From an uncultured delta proteobacterium (GTDB lineage: Bacteria; Myxococcota_A; Polyangia; Polyangiales; B10-G4), in the NCBI GenBank assembly GCA_963727445.1, contig CAVSGI010000012.1, positions 192,001 through 256,000 of the forward strand: 64,000 bases of DNA, written 5' to 3'. A program made the position numbers and the translations under genes. Positions 1 through 10,574 of this stretch are shown here, in pieces. Below the pieces are notes generated by a model that was given only the letters and a program-made list of their open reading frames with translations, searched no databases and was not told the origin of the DNA. The first letter of the stretch is position 1. Each line of letters begins with the position of its first letter.

Positions 1-1152
1 AGCGACCTCTATGCGCTCGGGATCCTCCTCTTCGAGCTCCTGACGGGACAGCGCCTCTTCCTTCGCGACAACGACCTGGACACCGTCCTCGCGGTGCGTG
101 CGGGCGAGGTGCCGGATCCGCGCTCGATCGCTGGAGACATCAGCGACGAGCTCGCCACGGCGGTCCTCAAGGCGCTGAGCCGCGATCGCAACGACCGCTA
201 TCAGCGGGGCCGGGAGCTGGCGGAGGATCTCGAGGCCTATCTCTACTCGACGGGCCAGCCGCTCAGCAGGCGCAAGCTCGGCGACTACATGGTGGAGCTC
301 TTTCCCGAGGCCTTCATGGCCGAGGAGGAGGTCTCCGACATGCTCGGCGTCGAGCTGATCGAGGAGGCGGAGGACGAGGCGCTCACGGCGCACCCGCGGA
401 TCGCGGACGTCGGGCTGGGTGACGCCACCGATCAGGTGGCCGACGAGCCGGACGCGCAGCTCTTCGAAGAAGAGTCCCGAACCGAGATCTACATGCCCGG
501 CCGCGATTACGATTTGCCGGGCGACGTCCTCGAAGCGAGCGATGCGGCGGTGGAGGAGCCAGACACCTTGCGCTCCTCGCTGCCGGCCGAGCCGCCCGAG
601 GACGTTTCCCTCTCTCCCATCCCGCCTCCACCGGCCGTTCCCGACCTGCGCACCACCGTCCAGCTCGATCCGGAGACGAAGACCGGTATCGACGTGCAGG
701 CCCTCGACGATCCGCACACCGCCGAGGTCGAGCACGAGCACCTGACCGTCGAGACCCACCTCGACGAGCCCGACCTCGTCACCTCGGTGGGCGCCGAGCC
801 CCTGGTTCCGGTCAGCTCGAAGATAGGGCCCGCGCCAGAGCGGCCGTCCCATCCCGAGCCGGAGCCCGAGGCCGCCGCGCCATCGGCGCACGAGGTGCGG
901 ACGGTGGTCGCCCAGAGTCCCGACCGTGACACCATCCCGGCGCCGGCGCCCGACGAGCCCGTGAGCGCCGATGAGATGCTCTCCTCCGCCGTTCAGTCCC
1001 TCGCGGACCTTCCGCTTCTCGAGGACGAAGACGACGACGAGCCGGGGACGGTGGTCACGGCGTTTGGTGACGACCTGACCAGACCCATCGATAACGACTC
1101 GGAGGAGAAGAAGCCTCGGAAGGGCTCGGGTCGGGGTCGTCATCGCGGCTGA
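1..1152 (+). CDS. Ser/Thr protein kinase, C-terminal part (5' end outside window) with long acidic/Pro-rich tail
   Basis: Frame 1 opens SDLYALGILLFELLTG (kinase subdomain IX), then KALSRDRNDRYQ (subdomain XI). Confidence 0.85.
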   Translation, partial: SDLYALGILLFELLTGQRLFLRDNDLDTVLAVRAGEVPDPRSIAGDISDELATAVLKALSRDRNDRYQRGRELAEDLEAYLYSTGQPLSRRKLGDYMVELFPEAFMAEEEVSDMLGVELIEEAEDEALTAHPRIADVGLGDATDQVADEPDAQLFEEESRTEIYMPGRDYDLPGDVLEASDAAVEEPDTLRSSLPAEPPEDVSLSPIPPPPAVPDLRTTVQLDPETKTGIDVQALDDPHTAEVEHEHLTVETHLDEPDLVTSVGAEPLVPVSSKIGPAPERPSHPEPEPEAAAPSAHEVRTVVAQSPDRDTIPAPAPDEPVSADEMLSSAVQSLADLPLLEDEDDDEPGTVVTAFGDDLTRPIDNDSEEKKPRKGSGRGRHRG

Positions 1153-1975
1153 CGGGTAGGACGATACGGTGGGGCGCCGCGCCGCGGCGATCGGCGCGGT
1201 CCGGGATGCCGAGCCCGTAGCGCACGTGGAACGCGCCGGCGATCACCATCATGTGCGCGGGCGCGTCCGCGGCCGAGAGGGTGTGCGCGACGCCTTCGGC
1301 CATCGTCTCGTCCCAGAGTACCTGCGCCGCATACATCCGCTCGAAGCGGTCGGGGGTCATGTGCGGGTGGCCGGAGAGCGCTTCTTCGATCATGTGACGG
1401 TGCGGTCCGACGTCGAGGTCGAGCTCGGGGAGGCGCGCGCGCTGCTCCGCGTCGAGGCCGTCGACGCCCCTCCGCGCCACGGCGCGGGAGAGCTCCTGTT
1501 CGGCGTTGAGCGCGACCATGCGGATGCCGCGTTCGCGGCAGGCGAGGAAGAGCGGACGGTAGAGCGCGAAGTCGAAGCCCCAGCGCTCGTTCCACTCGAC
1601 CCCTTCGAGGAGCGCAGCCTCGTCGATCTCGCCGGCGACCCACGCGTCGAGCGTCGACTGAAAGGGTCGCTGGACCATCTCGAGACCGAGCGCGAGCGAG
1701 GGGTCGCGTTCGCTCAGCGCTTCGAGGATCCGTAGCTCGGCGTCGTGGTGGGCCGGGTCGTCGTGTTCCTCCCCCACGTACACCACCGGGACGCTCGCGA
1801 GGTCGGCCATCATGAGCGAGAAGCTGACCTCCTGGCCCGTCTGGAGGTCCTCGATGCGCTCCCGGATCGGGCTTTCTGCCCCCCTCTGTGCGCCGCCGCA
1901 CGCGAGCAGCAGCGTGAGGGGCAGGAGCGTCAGCGCCGCCTTGACCCCGCGAGGCGCATTCCCTATTCCGATCAT
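1055..1975 (-). CDS. ChaN-family (heme/iron-related) lipoprotein
   Basis: Lipobox [33 protein letters not shown] and AGAFHV motifs; start uncertain. Confidence 0.8.
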   Translation of the reverse strand: MIGIGNAPRGVKAALTLLPLTLLLACGGAQRGAESPIRERIEDLQTGQEVSFSLMMADLASVPVVYVGEEHDDPAHHDAELRILEALSERDPSLALGLEMVQRPFQSTLDAWVAGEIDEAALLEGVEWNERWGFDFALYRPLFLACRERGIRMVALNAEQELSRAVARRGVDGLDAEQRARLPELDLDVGPHRHMIEEALSGHPHMTPDRFERMYAAQVLWDETMAEGVAHTLSAADAPAHMMVIAGAFHVRYGLGIPDRADRRGAAPHRIVLPVSRDDDPDPSPSEASSPPSRYRWVWSGRHQTP

Positions 1976-1993
1976 CGAACCGGAGGAGAAGAG

Positions 1994-2642
1994 ATGAAGT
2001 TCTTCATCGACAGCGCCGACGTGAACGAAATCCGCGATGCCGCCGCCATGGGCGTCGTCGACGGCGTGACCACCAATCCCAGCCTCGTCGCGAAGGTGGG
2101 CCGTCCCCTCCGCGAAGTGATCGTCGAGATCTGCGAGATCGTCGACGGACCGATCAGCGCCGAGGTGATCGCGACGGACACCGACGGGATCCTGAGGGAA
2201 GGGCGTGAGCTCGCCAAGATCCACGACAACATCGTGGTGAAGGTGCCTCTGATCCCCGACGGGCTCAAGGCGGTGAAGACCTTCACCTCCGAGGGCATCA
2301 AGACCAACGTCACCCTCTGCTTCAGCCCGACGCAGGCGATCCTCGCCGCCAAGGCCGGCGCCACCTACATCAGCCCGTTCATCGGACGCATCGACGACAT
2401 CGCCGGTGAGGGGATGGAGCTCATCGAGCAGATCGTCACGATCTACCGCAACTACGACTACGAGACCGAGGTGCTGGCCGCCAGCATTCGGCATCCGGTG
2501 CACGTGGTGCAGGCCGCCATGGTCGGTGCCCACGTCGCGACGATCCCGCACAAGGTCATCCTCCAGCTCGCCAAGCACCCGCTCACGGACATCGGTCTCG
2601 CCGAAATTCCTGGCGGACGCTAAGAAGGTCCCAACCTCCTGA
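1994..2642 (+). CDS. fsa: Fructose-6-phosphate aldolase / TalC-type transaldolase (probable 1-nt indel near 2603)
   Basis: [41 protein letters not shown]; expected C-terminus KFLADAKK lies in another frame ending 2642; GGAGGAG RBS. Confidence 0.9.
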
Positions 2643-2656
2643 ATCCCGGAGGGACT

Positions 2657-3208
2657 TTGTCCTTCGTCGCGCGCGCACTCTTTCTTTCGACGTTGCTGCT
2701 CGCCTCGTGGGCGTGCGCTGCGAACGCCGCCCAGGCGCAACGCATTCCAGCTGGGGCGATCTCCGCCCACGCGCTCTTCTCCTACACCCAGCCCGAAGGC
2801 ACGGACACCACGGACCAGGGGTATGGCGGCAATCTCATCGCCGACATCACGCTTCCCCTCGGCTGGTTTCGCATCGGCGGCAGCCTGGGCGTCGCCGCCA
2901 TCACCTCCAGCGCCGACGAGGCCTCCCGGGTCCTGATGCCCATCTCACTCTCTCTGGGCGCGGTCTTTCGGCCGGGTTCGCTCTGGCTCGACCTCCGGGG
3001 TCGGGCGGGGATGTGGGCGGGGGCGACCAACCAGGGCCTGGCTGCCGGGGGCTTCTTCTCGATCGGAGGCTTTGCCGGCTGGGCCTTCGCCAAGAACGTC
3101 GCCGTTGGAGTCGCCTTCGACGCTTTGTTTGCGCTGGGTCACGGCGATACCATCGCCGTCGCTCCCGGGCTGAGCCTCGTCTGGGTTCCGCAAGAGGACG
3201 ACTATTGA
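2657..3208 (+). CDS. Hypothetical secreted protein, small outer-membrane beta-barrel-like
   Basis: Signal peptide and amphipathic Gly/aromatic beta-strands; stop overlaps next start. Confidence 0.55.
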   Translation: MSFVARALFLSTLLLASWACAANAAQAQRIPAGAISAHALFSYTQPEGTDTTDQGYGGNLIADITLPLGWFRIGGSLGVAAITSSADEASRVLMPISLSLGAVFRPGSLWLDLRGRAGMWAGATNQGLAAGGFFSIGGFAGWAFAKNVAVGVAFDALFALGHGDTIAVAPGLSLVWVPQEDDY

Positions 3209-3906
3209 CCCGCGATCACACTGAGGAGCTCGGCGACCCCCCGAAGATCGATGTCGTCGTCCTCGAGGACAACACCGCGTCTGGCCGCTGCAATCGGGGC
3301 TTCTTGCGCGTCCGTCGGCTGGTGCTCGAGAACCGCTACGCCGACGGGACCAAGAGCGCGCCCTATCCCTACGACCTGGTCGAGCGGGACGCGATCGATG
3401 CGGTGGCGATCGTCCTCTACGCGCGCGCCGGCGACGAGGTGCGGGTGTGCCTTCGCACCGCGCTCCGCCCCCCGATGACCTTCCGCCCGGGATACGACCT
3501 GCCCATCCCCGAGCCGGAGTCGGCGGGTGTGCTCTGGGAGATCCCCGCGGGCCTGGTCGAGCCCGACGAGCACGGGCCAGAGGGGCTCGCTGCTTGCGCG
3601 TCGCGCGAGACCCTCGAGGAGGTCGGCCTCGAGATCCCCGCCGAGCGCTTCGAGAATCTCGGCCCACCCGCGGGCCTCAGCCCCGGCGTGATCGGCGAGA
3701 AGATCCACTTCCTCGCGGCCGAGGTCGACCCCGACGCCCGCGGCGTCCCCACCGAGGACGGCTCGCCGGTGGAGGAGCGCGCCGAGGTGCGCTTTCTTCC
3801 CATCGAAGACGCCCTGCGCGCTGCCGAGCGCGGTCTGATTGGCGACCTCAAGACCGAGGTGGGGATCCGGCGCCTCAGGGAGCGCATCGCGGGGCGACGG
3901 GGGTGA
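3205..3906 (+). CDS. NUDIX hydrolase (ADP-ribose pyrophosphatase-like)
   Basis: WEIPAGLVE...ASRETLEEVG Nudix box, SPG motif; TTG start overlaps upstream TGA. Confidence 0.85.
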   Translation: MTRDHTEELGDPPKIDVVVLEDNTASGRCNRGFLRVRRLVLENRYADGTKSAPYPYDLVERDAIDAVAIVLYARAGDEVRVCLRTALRPPMTFRPGYDLPIPEPESAGVLWEIPAGLVEPDEHGPEGLAACASRETLEEVGLEIPAERFENLGPPAGLSPGVIGEKIHFLAAEVDPDARGVPTEDGSPVEERAEVRFLPIEDALRAAERGLIGDLKTEVGIRRLRERIAGRRG

Positions 3907-4826
3907 GCGAGGCGCGCCGCAAGCGTGGGACGCCTGATACGCGGCCCACGGTGCTGGTCGTCTACAAGAAGTCCGCCTACCAGCGCTTCGTCCTCGAGAA
4001 GAAGGACGCGCGCGTCCAGAAGCTCCTCGCCGACGACGACCCGACGGTGCGTCGGCTCCGGGACGCCCACGACTCTCACGTGGGAACCGTCGAGGAGGCG
4101 CGCGCGATCCTGAAGAAGCTGGGGGCGAAGGCGACCTATCGGCACCTGCCGAAGGGGCAGCGGATCGGTCACTACGATCTGGTGGTCACGCTCGGCGGCG
4201 ACGGCACGCTGCTTTGGGCCTCGCATTCGGTCGGCAAGGACATCCCGATGGTGGCGATCAACACCGCGCCGGACGACTCCGTCGGATACTTCTGCGCTGG
4301 GACGCGTAGCAACCTGGAGCACGTCCTCGGTCGTGCCCTCGCCGGACGACTCCGAGCGACGAGCCTCACGCGCATGCAGGTGGAGCTCGAGGGCAAGGTG
4401 CTCTCCGAGCGCGTGCTCAACGACACGCTCTTCTCGCACGAGTGTCCGGCAGCGACGACGCGCTATCTGATCCGTCACGGCGACCTCGAGGAGGAGCACA
4501 AGTCGAGCGGGGTGTGGGTGGGGCCGGCCGCTGGCTCGACCGCCGCGCAACGCTCCGCCGGGGGCAAGGTGCTTCCGCTCAAGAGCGAGAGGCTGCAGTT
4601 CGTGGTGCGCGAGCTCTACGAGCCGCACGGCGAGCACCAGCTCCGGCTCCTGAAGGGCCTCGTGGAGCCGGGCGAGAGTCTCGAGTTGCGTTGCAAGGTT
4701 CCGTCCGGGCGTCTCTTTCTCGACGGGCCGCATCGAATGCACGACGTGAGCCTCGGTGCCGTCGTACGATTCCGGCGTTCGAGCGAGCCGCTGACGCTCC
4801 TCGGGCTTCGCAGGCGGAAGAGGTGA
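3903..4826 (+). CDS. nadK: NAD(+) kinase
   Basis: LGGDGTLL, VLND, AAGSTA motifs; GTGA overlap with previous gene. Confidence 0.85.
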   Translation: MSEARRKRGTPDTRPTVLVVYKKSAYQRFVLEKKDARVQKLLADDDPTVRRLRDAHDSHVGTVEEARAILKKLGAKATYRHLPKGQRIGHYDLVVTLGGDGTLLWASHSVGKDIPMVAINTAPDDSVGYFCAGTRSNLEHVLGRALAGRLRATSLTRMQVELEGKVLSERVLNDTLFSHECPAATTRYLIRHGDLEEEHKSSGVWVGPAAGSTAAQRSAGGKVLPLKSERLQFVVRELYEPHGEHQLRLLKGLVEPGESLELRCKVPSGRLFLDGPHRMHDVSLGAVVRFRRSSEPLTLLGLRRRKR

Positions 4827-4831
4827 CGTCG

Positions 4832-5764
4832 ATGGCGTCGAAGAAGAAATCGAAGAAGTCGACGTCTTCGAAGGCGAAAGCGAGGACGAAGGCAAAGAAG
4901 CCCGATGCCGAGCCGACGAAGTCCGCGTCGAGCGCGCCCCGCGACAACGACGGCGCCTTCGGCCGCTTTGCGCCGTGGCTCGCTCTCGGCGCGATCGTGC
5001 TCGGCGTGGTGCTCTGGCAGGCCTATCCCCAGAGCTCGGGCACCTCGGTGCCGGAGGATCTGGTCGTGCACGTGATCCGCTCCTTTCCCCACGACCCGGA
5101 GGCATTCACCCAGGGACTGCTCATCCACGACGGCCGCTTCTACGAGTCGACGGGTTTGCGCGGGCATTCCTCGCTCCGGCGCGTGGACATCGAGAGCGGT
5201 GAGGTGCAGCAGAAGGTCGACGTCGACGATGCCCTCTTCGCCGAGGGACTGGCGCGGGTCGACGACCGGCTGATCCAGCTGACCTGGCAAGCGGGGATCG
5301 CCAACGTCTACGACCTCGAGAGCTTCGAGAAGGTCGGCGAGTTCGAATACCACGGCGAAGGATGGGGCCTCTGCTACGACGGCGAGCGTCTGATCATGAG
5401 CAGCGGCAACGACCGCCTGCAGTTTCGCGACCCCCAGACCTTCGAGAAGACGGGGGAGGTGCGCGTCACCCGCGCCGGACGACGGCTGCGTCGCCTCAAC
5501 GAGCTGGAGTGCGTCGACGGATTGGTCTACGCCAACGTGTGGATGGATGACCACATCGCGCGCATCGATCCCGAGAGCGGCGAGGTCACCGCGTGGATCG
5601 ACGCGGGGGGGCTGCTCACACGCGAAGATCGCCACGGCGGCGAAGACGTGCTGAACGGCATCGCCTACGTGCCGGACACCGGACACTTCATGATCACCGG
5701 CAAGAACTGGTCGCGCATGTTCGAGGTCGAGTTCGTCCCTCACGAATCGCCTCCAGGACATTGA
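4832..5764 (+). CDS. Glutaminyl-peptide cyclotransferase with N-terminal membrane anchor
   Basis: PHDPEAFTQGL, YESTG, EGWGL, LNELE, VLNGIAY, TGKNW. Confidence 0.9.
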   Translation: MASKKKSKKSTSSKAKARTKAKKPDAEPTKSASSAPRDNDGAFGRFAPWLALGAIVLGVVLWQAYPQSSGTSVPEDLVVHVIRSFPHDPEAFTQGLLIHDGRFYESTGLRGHSSLRRVDIESGEVQQKVDVDDALFAEGLARVDDRLIQLTWQAGIANVYDLESFEKVGEFEYHGEGWGLCYDGERLIMSSGNDRLQFRDPQTFEKTGEVRVTRAGRRLRRLNELECVDGLVYANVWMDDHIARIDPESGEVTAWIDAGGLLTREDRHGGEDVLNGIAYVPDTGHFMITGKNWSRMFEVEFVPHESPPGH

Positions 5765-5771
5765 GTCCGGC

Positions 5772-8021
5772 TCAGCGAGCGCGGGCCTCTTCCTCGTACG
5801 CGGCCAGGGTTCGGCGGAGGTCGGGGTCGTTGGGATGTGCGTCGACGCCGCGCTCGAGCGCAGCGATCGCGCCCCGGAGGTCTCCGGTGTCGTGGAGAGC
5901 GACGCCGAGGAGGTAGTGGAAGCGTGGGTTGTCCGCGCGGAGCTCGACGGCGCGGCGGAAGAGGTCCACGGCGTGCGTGCTCTGGCCGGTGCGCACCAGG
6001 AGCAAGCCGAGCGCGTGCAGGGCCTCGGCGTCCGTGTCGTCGATCTCCACGGCGCGGCGCAGGAGCGCTTCGGCCTCCACTTCGTCGCCCTCGGCCCGCT
6101 CGAGGTCGGCGAGGCTCACCATCGCCGGCGTGAAGCGCGGCGCGACGACGAGCGCTTGCCGCCACGCGCGATCCGCGCCCTCGAGATCTCCGCGGTCGAG
6201 GGCGAGGAGCCCCAGGCGCAGCCAGGCGTCGGGGCGGTAGCCGAGGCTTCGTTCCGTCGCGGCGAGCTCGTCCTCGGCGGCGCGAAGGGCCTCGGCCTCG
6301 TCGCTCGCGAGGGTCCCCGGGGGCACGACTGCGAGGGTGCGGGCAGCCTCGAGACGTACGACGCGCATCTCGTCGCGAACGAGCGGTGATAGTGAGCGGT
6401 AACGGTCTTCGGGGGCGAGCTCTCGCGCGCCGTAGGCGGCGCCGAGGCGCACCAGAGGCTCGCGGCTTCGTGCGCCCGCCCGGAGCGCCTCGTCGCTTTC
6501 GGGACCGGGGAAGTCGTCGGCGAGCGCGAGGGCCGTCGCGCGCACGATGGCTGGCGAGGAGATATCCGCGGCGAGGGCGCTGAGCGCGTCCGCGGCGGCG
6601 GGGTCGTGCTGGCGGGCGAGGAGCAGGACCTCGCCGAAGTGCGGGCGTCGAACGTCGCCGAACCACTCGGTGACGCGCTCGGCGGCCCACGCGCTGCCGC
6701 GGTCCTCGTGGCAACCGGTGCAGGCGTCGGGCACGCCGAGCTTCGTCGCCAGGTCCGGCCGGGGAATGCGGAAGGAGTGGTCGCGACGTCCGTCGACCTC
6801 GAAGTAGATCTTCTCGCGCATGTGACAGTCGACACAGGCGCTTCCCACCGCCTGGCGGTGATGGTGGTGCTCCTGGTCGTACGCCGATGGGCGATGACAG
6901 CTGGTGCAGAGCGCGTCCCCCTCGGAGCGAAGCGCGAGGGAATGCGGCTCGTGGCAATCGCTGCAGCGCACGCCTGCATGGAACATGCGGCTCTGCCGAA
7001 AGGAGCCCCACTCGTACACCTCGCCGTCGATCTGCCCATCGTGGTGGTACAGACGCCGACTCAGGAGCTCGGGGCGGTATGCGTCGAGGAGCGGTGCGCC
7101 TGGCCGATGGCCCTCGGCGAGCTGATCGCGTCGCGCGTGGCAGGGTGCACAGACGCGCACTTCCTCCGCCGCGACCTCCGCCGCACGAGGCTCCGCGCTC
7201 GTTTGCCCCTCCGCGATGGTCCACGCCGCCGCGCGGTGCAGATCCGCGACCAGCCCTTGAGGCGCGCCGCTCGCCCCGGCCTGTGCCCAGGACACGTGCA
7301 CCGAGCCCGGCCCGTGGCACGCCTCGCAACCGACGCTCGCCTCCGCATCACGCGTCTCGAAACGACCAGCGCCCTCGTCCCAACCGACCTCGGTGGCGGT
7401 CCGATGGCAGCCGGCGCAGACGGAGTTGTCGTTCTGGTCGTCGCTCAGGAAGTGGTGGGGCTCTCCCGGCTCGGGTTGTCGCCGGTTCGGGTCGAAGAGG
7501 CGCTGGCCACCGACCTCCACGGGGCGCGCGTCCCAGGCCACGGTGAGCGCCTGCAGGCGTCCGTCGCCGACATCGACCACGTACTGGCGAAAGGGCTCCA
7601 CGCCCAGCGCGTGATGCACGACGTACGTTCGTGCGGGCGCCCCGCCCTCCGCGATCTGTACGAGCGCGCGATCGTCTTCGCGCAGAAAGCGCGCGCGAAA
7701 CCCGTCGCGCTCGAAGACTCGGCCGTCGAAGGGGGGGCCGTCGACGAAGCCCGCCGCCGGCTCGGTCGCACGCGCATGATGCGAGCCCCGAAAGGCGCGC
7801 GCTTGTTCCGCGTGGCAACGGGCGCACGCGTGGCTGCCCACGTAGCGCGCGTCATCGGTCGGCCACGGCGTCGCCTCGGGCGTGGTCGAAAAACCCTCGG
7901 TCTCCGCGGTTTCGGAGGCGGCCGGGCTCCTCAGCCACCACGCGAGGAGGGCGAAGCCGGCGACGGCGGCGACGGCGAGGAGCGCGGCGACGAGGTGCCC
8001 GCGCCTCGTCGGATCCTTCAC
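5772..8021 (-). CDS. Multiheme (8 x CxxCH) c-type cytochrome with C-terminal HEAT/TPR repeats
   Basis: CARCH, CAGCH, CEACH, CAPCH, CSDCH, CTSCH, CVDCH, CTGCH; N-terminal TM; TPR-like helices. Confidence 0.85.
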   Translation of the reverse strand: MKDPTRRGHLVAALLAVAAVAGFALLAWWLRSPAASETAETEGFSTTPEATPWPTDDARYVGSHACARCHAEQARAFRGSHHARATEPAAGFVDGPPFDGRVFERDGFRARFLREDDRALVQIAEGGAPARTYVVHHALGVEPFRQYVVDVGDGRLQALTVAWDARPVEVGGQRLFDPNRRQPEPGEPHHFLSDDQNDNSVCAGCHRTATEVGWDEGAGRFETRDAEASVGCEACHGPGSVHVSWAQAGASGAPQGLVADLHRAAAWTIAEGQTSAEPRAAEVAAEEVRVCAPCHARRDQLAEGHRPGAPLLDAYRPELLSRRLYHHDGQIDGEVYEWGSFRQSRMFHAGVRCSDCHEPHSLALRSEGDALCTSCHRPSAYDQEHHHHRQAVGSACVDCHMREKIYFEVDGRRDHSFRIPRPDLATKLGVPDACTGCHEDRGSAWAAERVTEWFGDVRRPHFGEVLLLARQHDPAAADALSALAADISSPAIVRATALALADDFPGPESDEALRAGARSREPLVRLGAAYGARELAPEDRYRSLSPLVRDEMRVVRLEAARTLAVVPPGTLASDEAEALRAAEDELAATERSLGYRPDAWLRLGLLALDRGDLEGADRAWRQALVVAPRFTPAMVSLADLERAEGDEVEAEALLRRAVEIDDTDAEALHALGLLLVRTGQSTHAVDLFRRAVELRADNPRFHYLLGVALHDTGDLRGAIAALERGVDAHPNDPDLRRTLAAYEEEARAR

Positions 8022-9547
8022 AGTGCCCCGTCCCGCCGCCGGCGAAAGAGAGCGAGGACCGTCCCGAGGAGCGCGCCGAGGAGCATGGGCGTCACCCAAT
8101 CGCCGAATCGCACCCACGGCGTGAGGGTCGACATCACGTGCACGTCGGCGACGAAAGCATCGGGCACGAAGGTGGGCGTGCGCACGAGGCTCTCGCCAGT
8201 GGCGGAGGTGTGGGAGGAGGTGCCGGTGTTGACCGCGCGTACCAGGTCGCGCCGCGTCTCGACCGACCGCAGGCGCGACGTCGCCTCGTGAAGCCACGGC
8301 TCGGCCGTGTCGCCGAACCAGGCGTCGTTCGTCACGTTGACCAACACGTCGGGATGGTTGCGGCCGACCAGGATCGCGTACTGACCCAGCACGTCCTCGT
8401 AGCAGTTGAGCACGCCTACCCGCACACCGTCGATCGGCACCACCTCTGGCTCCTCACCAGGCGTCAGCCCGCGGTGGAAGCGTTCCTGTATCGGCGGCAG
8501 GTAGTCCCAGAGCGGCACGTACTCCCCGAAAGCGAGGAGCTTCACTTTGTCGACGATGTCGGTGAAGCGGCCGGTCTCGTCGACGGCGACCACGGAGTTG
8601 TAGCGCTCGTCACCGTTGCCGTAGGTCAGCGCGCCGAGGAGCAGCGGACCGCTGACACCGTTCGCGAGGATGCGGATGGGCCCGTTGACGTCGGCTGGGC
8701 GGCTGCGCGGGATGGGGTAAGGGTAGGCGGTCTCCGGCCAGACGACGAGGTCGGCGCCGGTCGCTTCGAGGAGCGTCGTCGCGCGCTGCAGCTCCATCAG
8801 GTGCTGGGGCGCTTGGCGCCGATCGGCCTTGTCGAAGATGTCCACGTTCGGCTGGACCACACCGATGCGCACCAGCCGTCCTCCGGCGCGCTCCTCGGCC
8901 ACCTGATCCATGCGCACGCTGCCGTAGGCGATGGGCGCACAGAACGCGATCACGCCGACGAGCGCCGCCATGCGATCGCGCCGGAGGATCGCCCAGCCGA
9001 GCCCCATGCTCGCGTAGGTCAGACACAGATCGAGGAGCGGCTGGCCGCCGATCTCCGCGAGCTGGAGCCACAGGGGCCACCCCGTATGAGAATGGCAGAG
9101 GCGCCACGGAAGGAGGGTCGGCGACAGTGCGGCGACGACGGTGAGGAGCGGGGGTAGAACCACCCAGAGCGGCATCCGCGGACCCGCCATCACCGCGGCG
9201 AGACCACAGGCGATGGCCATGGGCAGGGCCTGCGCAGCGAAGAGGAGGCTGGCGGTGGGGATCGACGCGATCAGCGGAAAGCCCGCAAAGACCTCGAGCA
9301 ACCCCACGACCCAATAGAGCGCCATGGCGTTGATCAGGAAGGAGCAGACGAAGCCGGCGAGGAAGGCTCTCTTCGGGCTCGGCGCGTCGGCGCTCGGTGT
9401 CGCCACGGCGAAGAGCAGAAACGCGAGCCCGATGTAGGCGGGCCCCGCCCACTCGCGCGGCGCGGGCGTCACGCCGAGGGAGATCCCGGCCAGCACCGCG
9501 AGCGGGAACGTCGTACCGAAGAAGCTGCCCCAGCCCCGCCGCATCAC
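8018..9547 (-). CDS. lnt: Apolipoprotein N-acyltransferase
   Basis: Multi-TM N-terminus; VQPN, VVWPET, K-x-L-x-x-FGEYVP, CYED, TNDAWFG, RAVNTG. Confidence 0.92.
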   Translation of the reverse strand: MMRRGWGSFFGTTFPLAVLAGISLGVTPAPREWAGPAYIGLAFLLFAVATPSADAPSPKRAFLAGFVCSFLINAMALYWVVGLLEVFAGFPLIASIPTASLLFAAQALPMAIACGLAAVMAGPRMPLWVVLPPLLTVVAALSPTLLPWRLCHSHTGWPLWLQLAEIGGQPLLDLCLTYASMGLGWAILRRDRMAALVGVIAFCAPIAYGSVRMDQVAEERAGGRLVRIGVVQPNVDIFDKADRRQAPQHLMELQRATTLLEATGADLVVWPETAYPYPIPRSRPADVNGPIRILANGVSGPLLLGALTYGNGDERYNSVVAVDETGRFTDIVDKVKLLAFGEYVPLWDYLPPIQERFHRGLTPGEEPEVVPIDGVRVGVLNCYEDVLGQYAILVGRNHPDVLVNVTNDAWFGDTAEPWLHEATSRLRSVETRRDLVRAVNTGTSSHTSATGESLVRTPTFVPDAFVADVHVMSTLTPWVRFGDWVTPMLLGALLGTVLALFRRRRDGAL

Positions 9548-9550
9548 GTC

Positions 9551-10489
9551 TCAGGCGCGGAGCCGCAGCACTCCGGGATGGATTTCGAGGGTGGCTGGCA
9601 GCCGACCCGGCGCTTCGCCATCGACGTCGAGGAGCACTTCGTCGTCGTCCACGCTCTCGGCCACGATCCGCCGGCCACGTCGATGCTCGACGAAGGGGAC
9701 CGACAGGACGGTGCCGTCGTACATGCGGTGCCCGTAGCGCGCCTGGTTGACGAGCGGCGTCGCCAGGATGGTGACGATGTCGAGGACACCGTCGTCGATT
9801 GCGGCCTCGGGGGCGATGTGCATGCCGCCGCCGAAGTAGCGCCCGTTGGCCACCGCGACGTTGGTCACGGCGTGAACCTCCGGTTCGGCGCCATCCACCG
9901 TCACACGAACCGTCTTCGCGCGATAGCGCGCCAGGGCGCGCACAGTCGCCAGGAGGAACGCCGGCGTCCCGCCGATCCACTTCGGTCCTTCGTTGGCGTA
10001 CTTGTCGACCAGGCCGGCCGCGCCGAAGCTCGCGATGTTGAGGAACGCCCTCCCGGTGGGCGTCCCCTCGTGGCTCACATACTTGATCCAACCGCAGTCG
10101 ATGGGACGCGGCTCGATCTCGAGCATGCGGCGGGCGCTACCCACCGGATCGTCGCGGATGCCCAGCGTGCGCGAGAAATCTCCGCCGGTGCCACAGGGGA
10201 GCAGCCCGAGCCACGCGTCGGTGTCGGCCGGCACGCCGTCCTCGTCGAAGAAGCCGCACGCCGCTTCGCTGAAGGTTCCGTCCCCTCCCATCACCGCGAT
10301 CCCGGCGGCGCCCTCGTTCAGGGCTTGCCGCACGATGCGCGTCGCGTCGCGGGGGCCGCGCGTCTGACGGACCTCGAACTCGCCACCGGCCTCGCGGAGC
10401 GCACTCTCGAGCGCCGGCAGCCGTGTCAGCGCGCGGCCCGCGGCGGCGCGGGGATTGACGACGAGCACGAAGGGGCGCGGTCCGCTCAC
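9551..10489 (-). CDS. Diacylglycerol/lipid kinase family (YegS/DagK-like)
   Basis: VVNP, GGDGT, LPCGTGGDF, NGRYFGGG, DVDGE. Confidence 0.88.
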   Translation of the reverse strand: MSGPRPFVLVVNPRAAAGRALTRLPALESALREAGGEFEVRQTRGPRDATRIVRQALNEGAAGIAVMGGDGTFSEAACGFFDEDGVPADTDAWLGLLPCGTGGDFSRTLGIRDDPVGSARRMLEIEPRPIDCGWIKYVSHEGTPTGRAFLNIASFGAAGLVDKYANEGPKWIGGTPAFLLATVRALARYRAKTVRVTVDGAEPEVHAVTNVAVANGRYFGGGMHIAPEAAIDDGVLDIVTILATPLVNQARYGHRMYDGTVLSVPFVEHRRGRRIVAESVDDDEVLLDVDGEAPGRLPATLEIHPGVLRLRA

Positions 10490-10574
10490 AGTCGCGCCAC
10501 TATAGTGCCTGGTCCACCAGGCGCATACATCCATACCTCGCCGTCGCCCGCGATTCGGGGTAGCTTCGCGAGCG

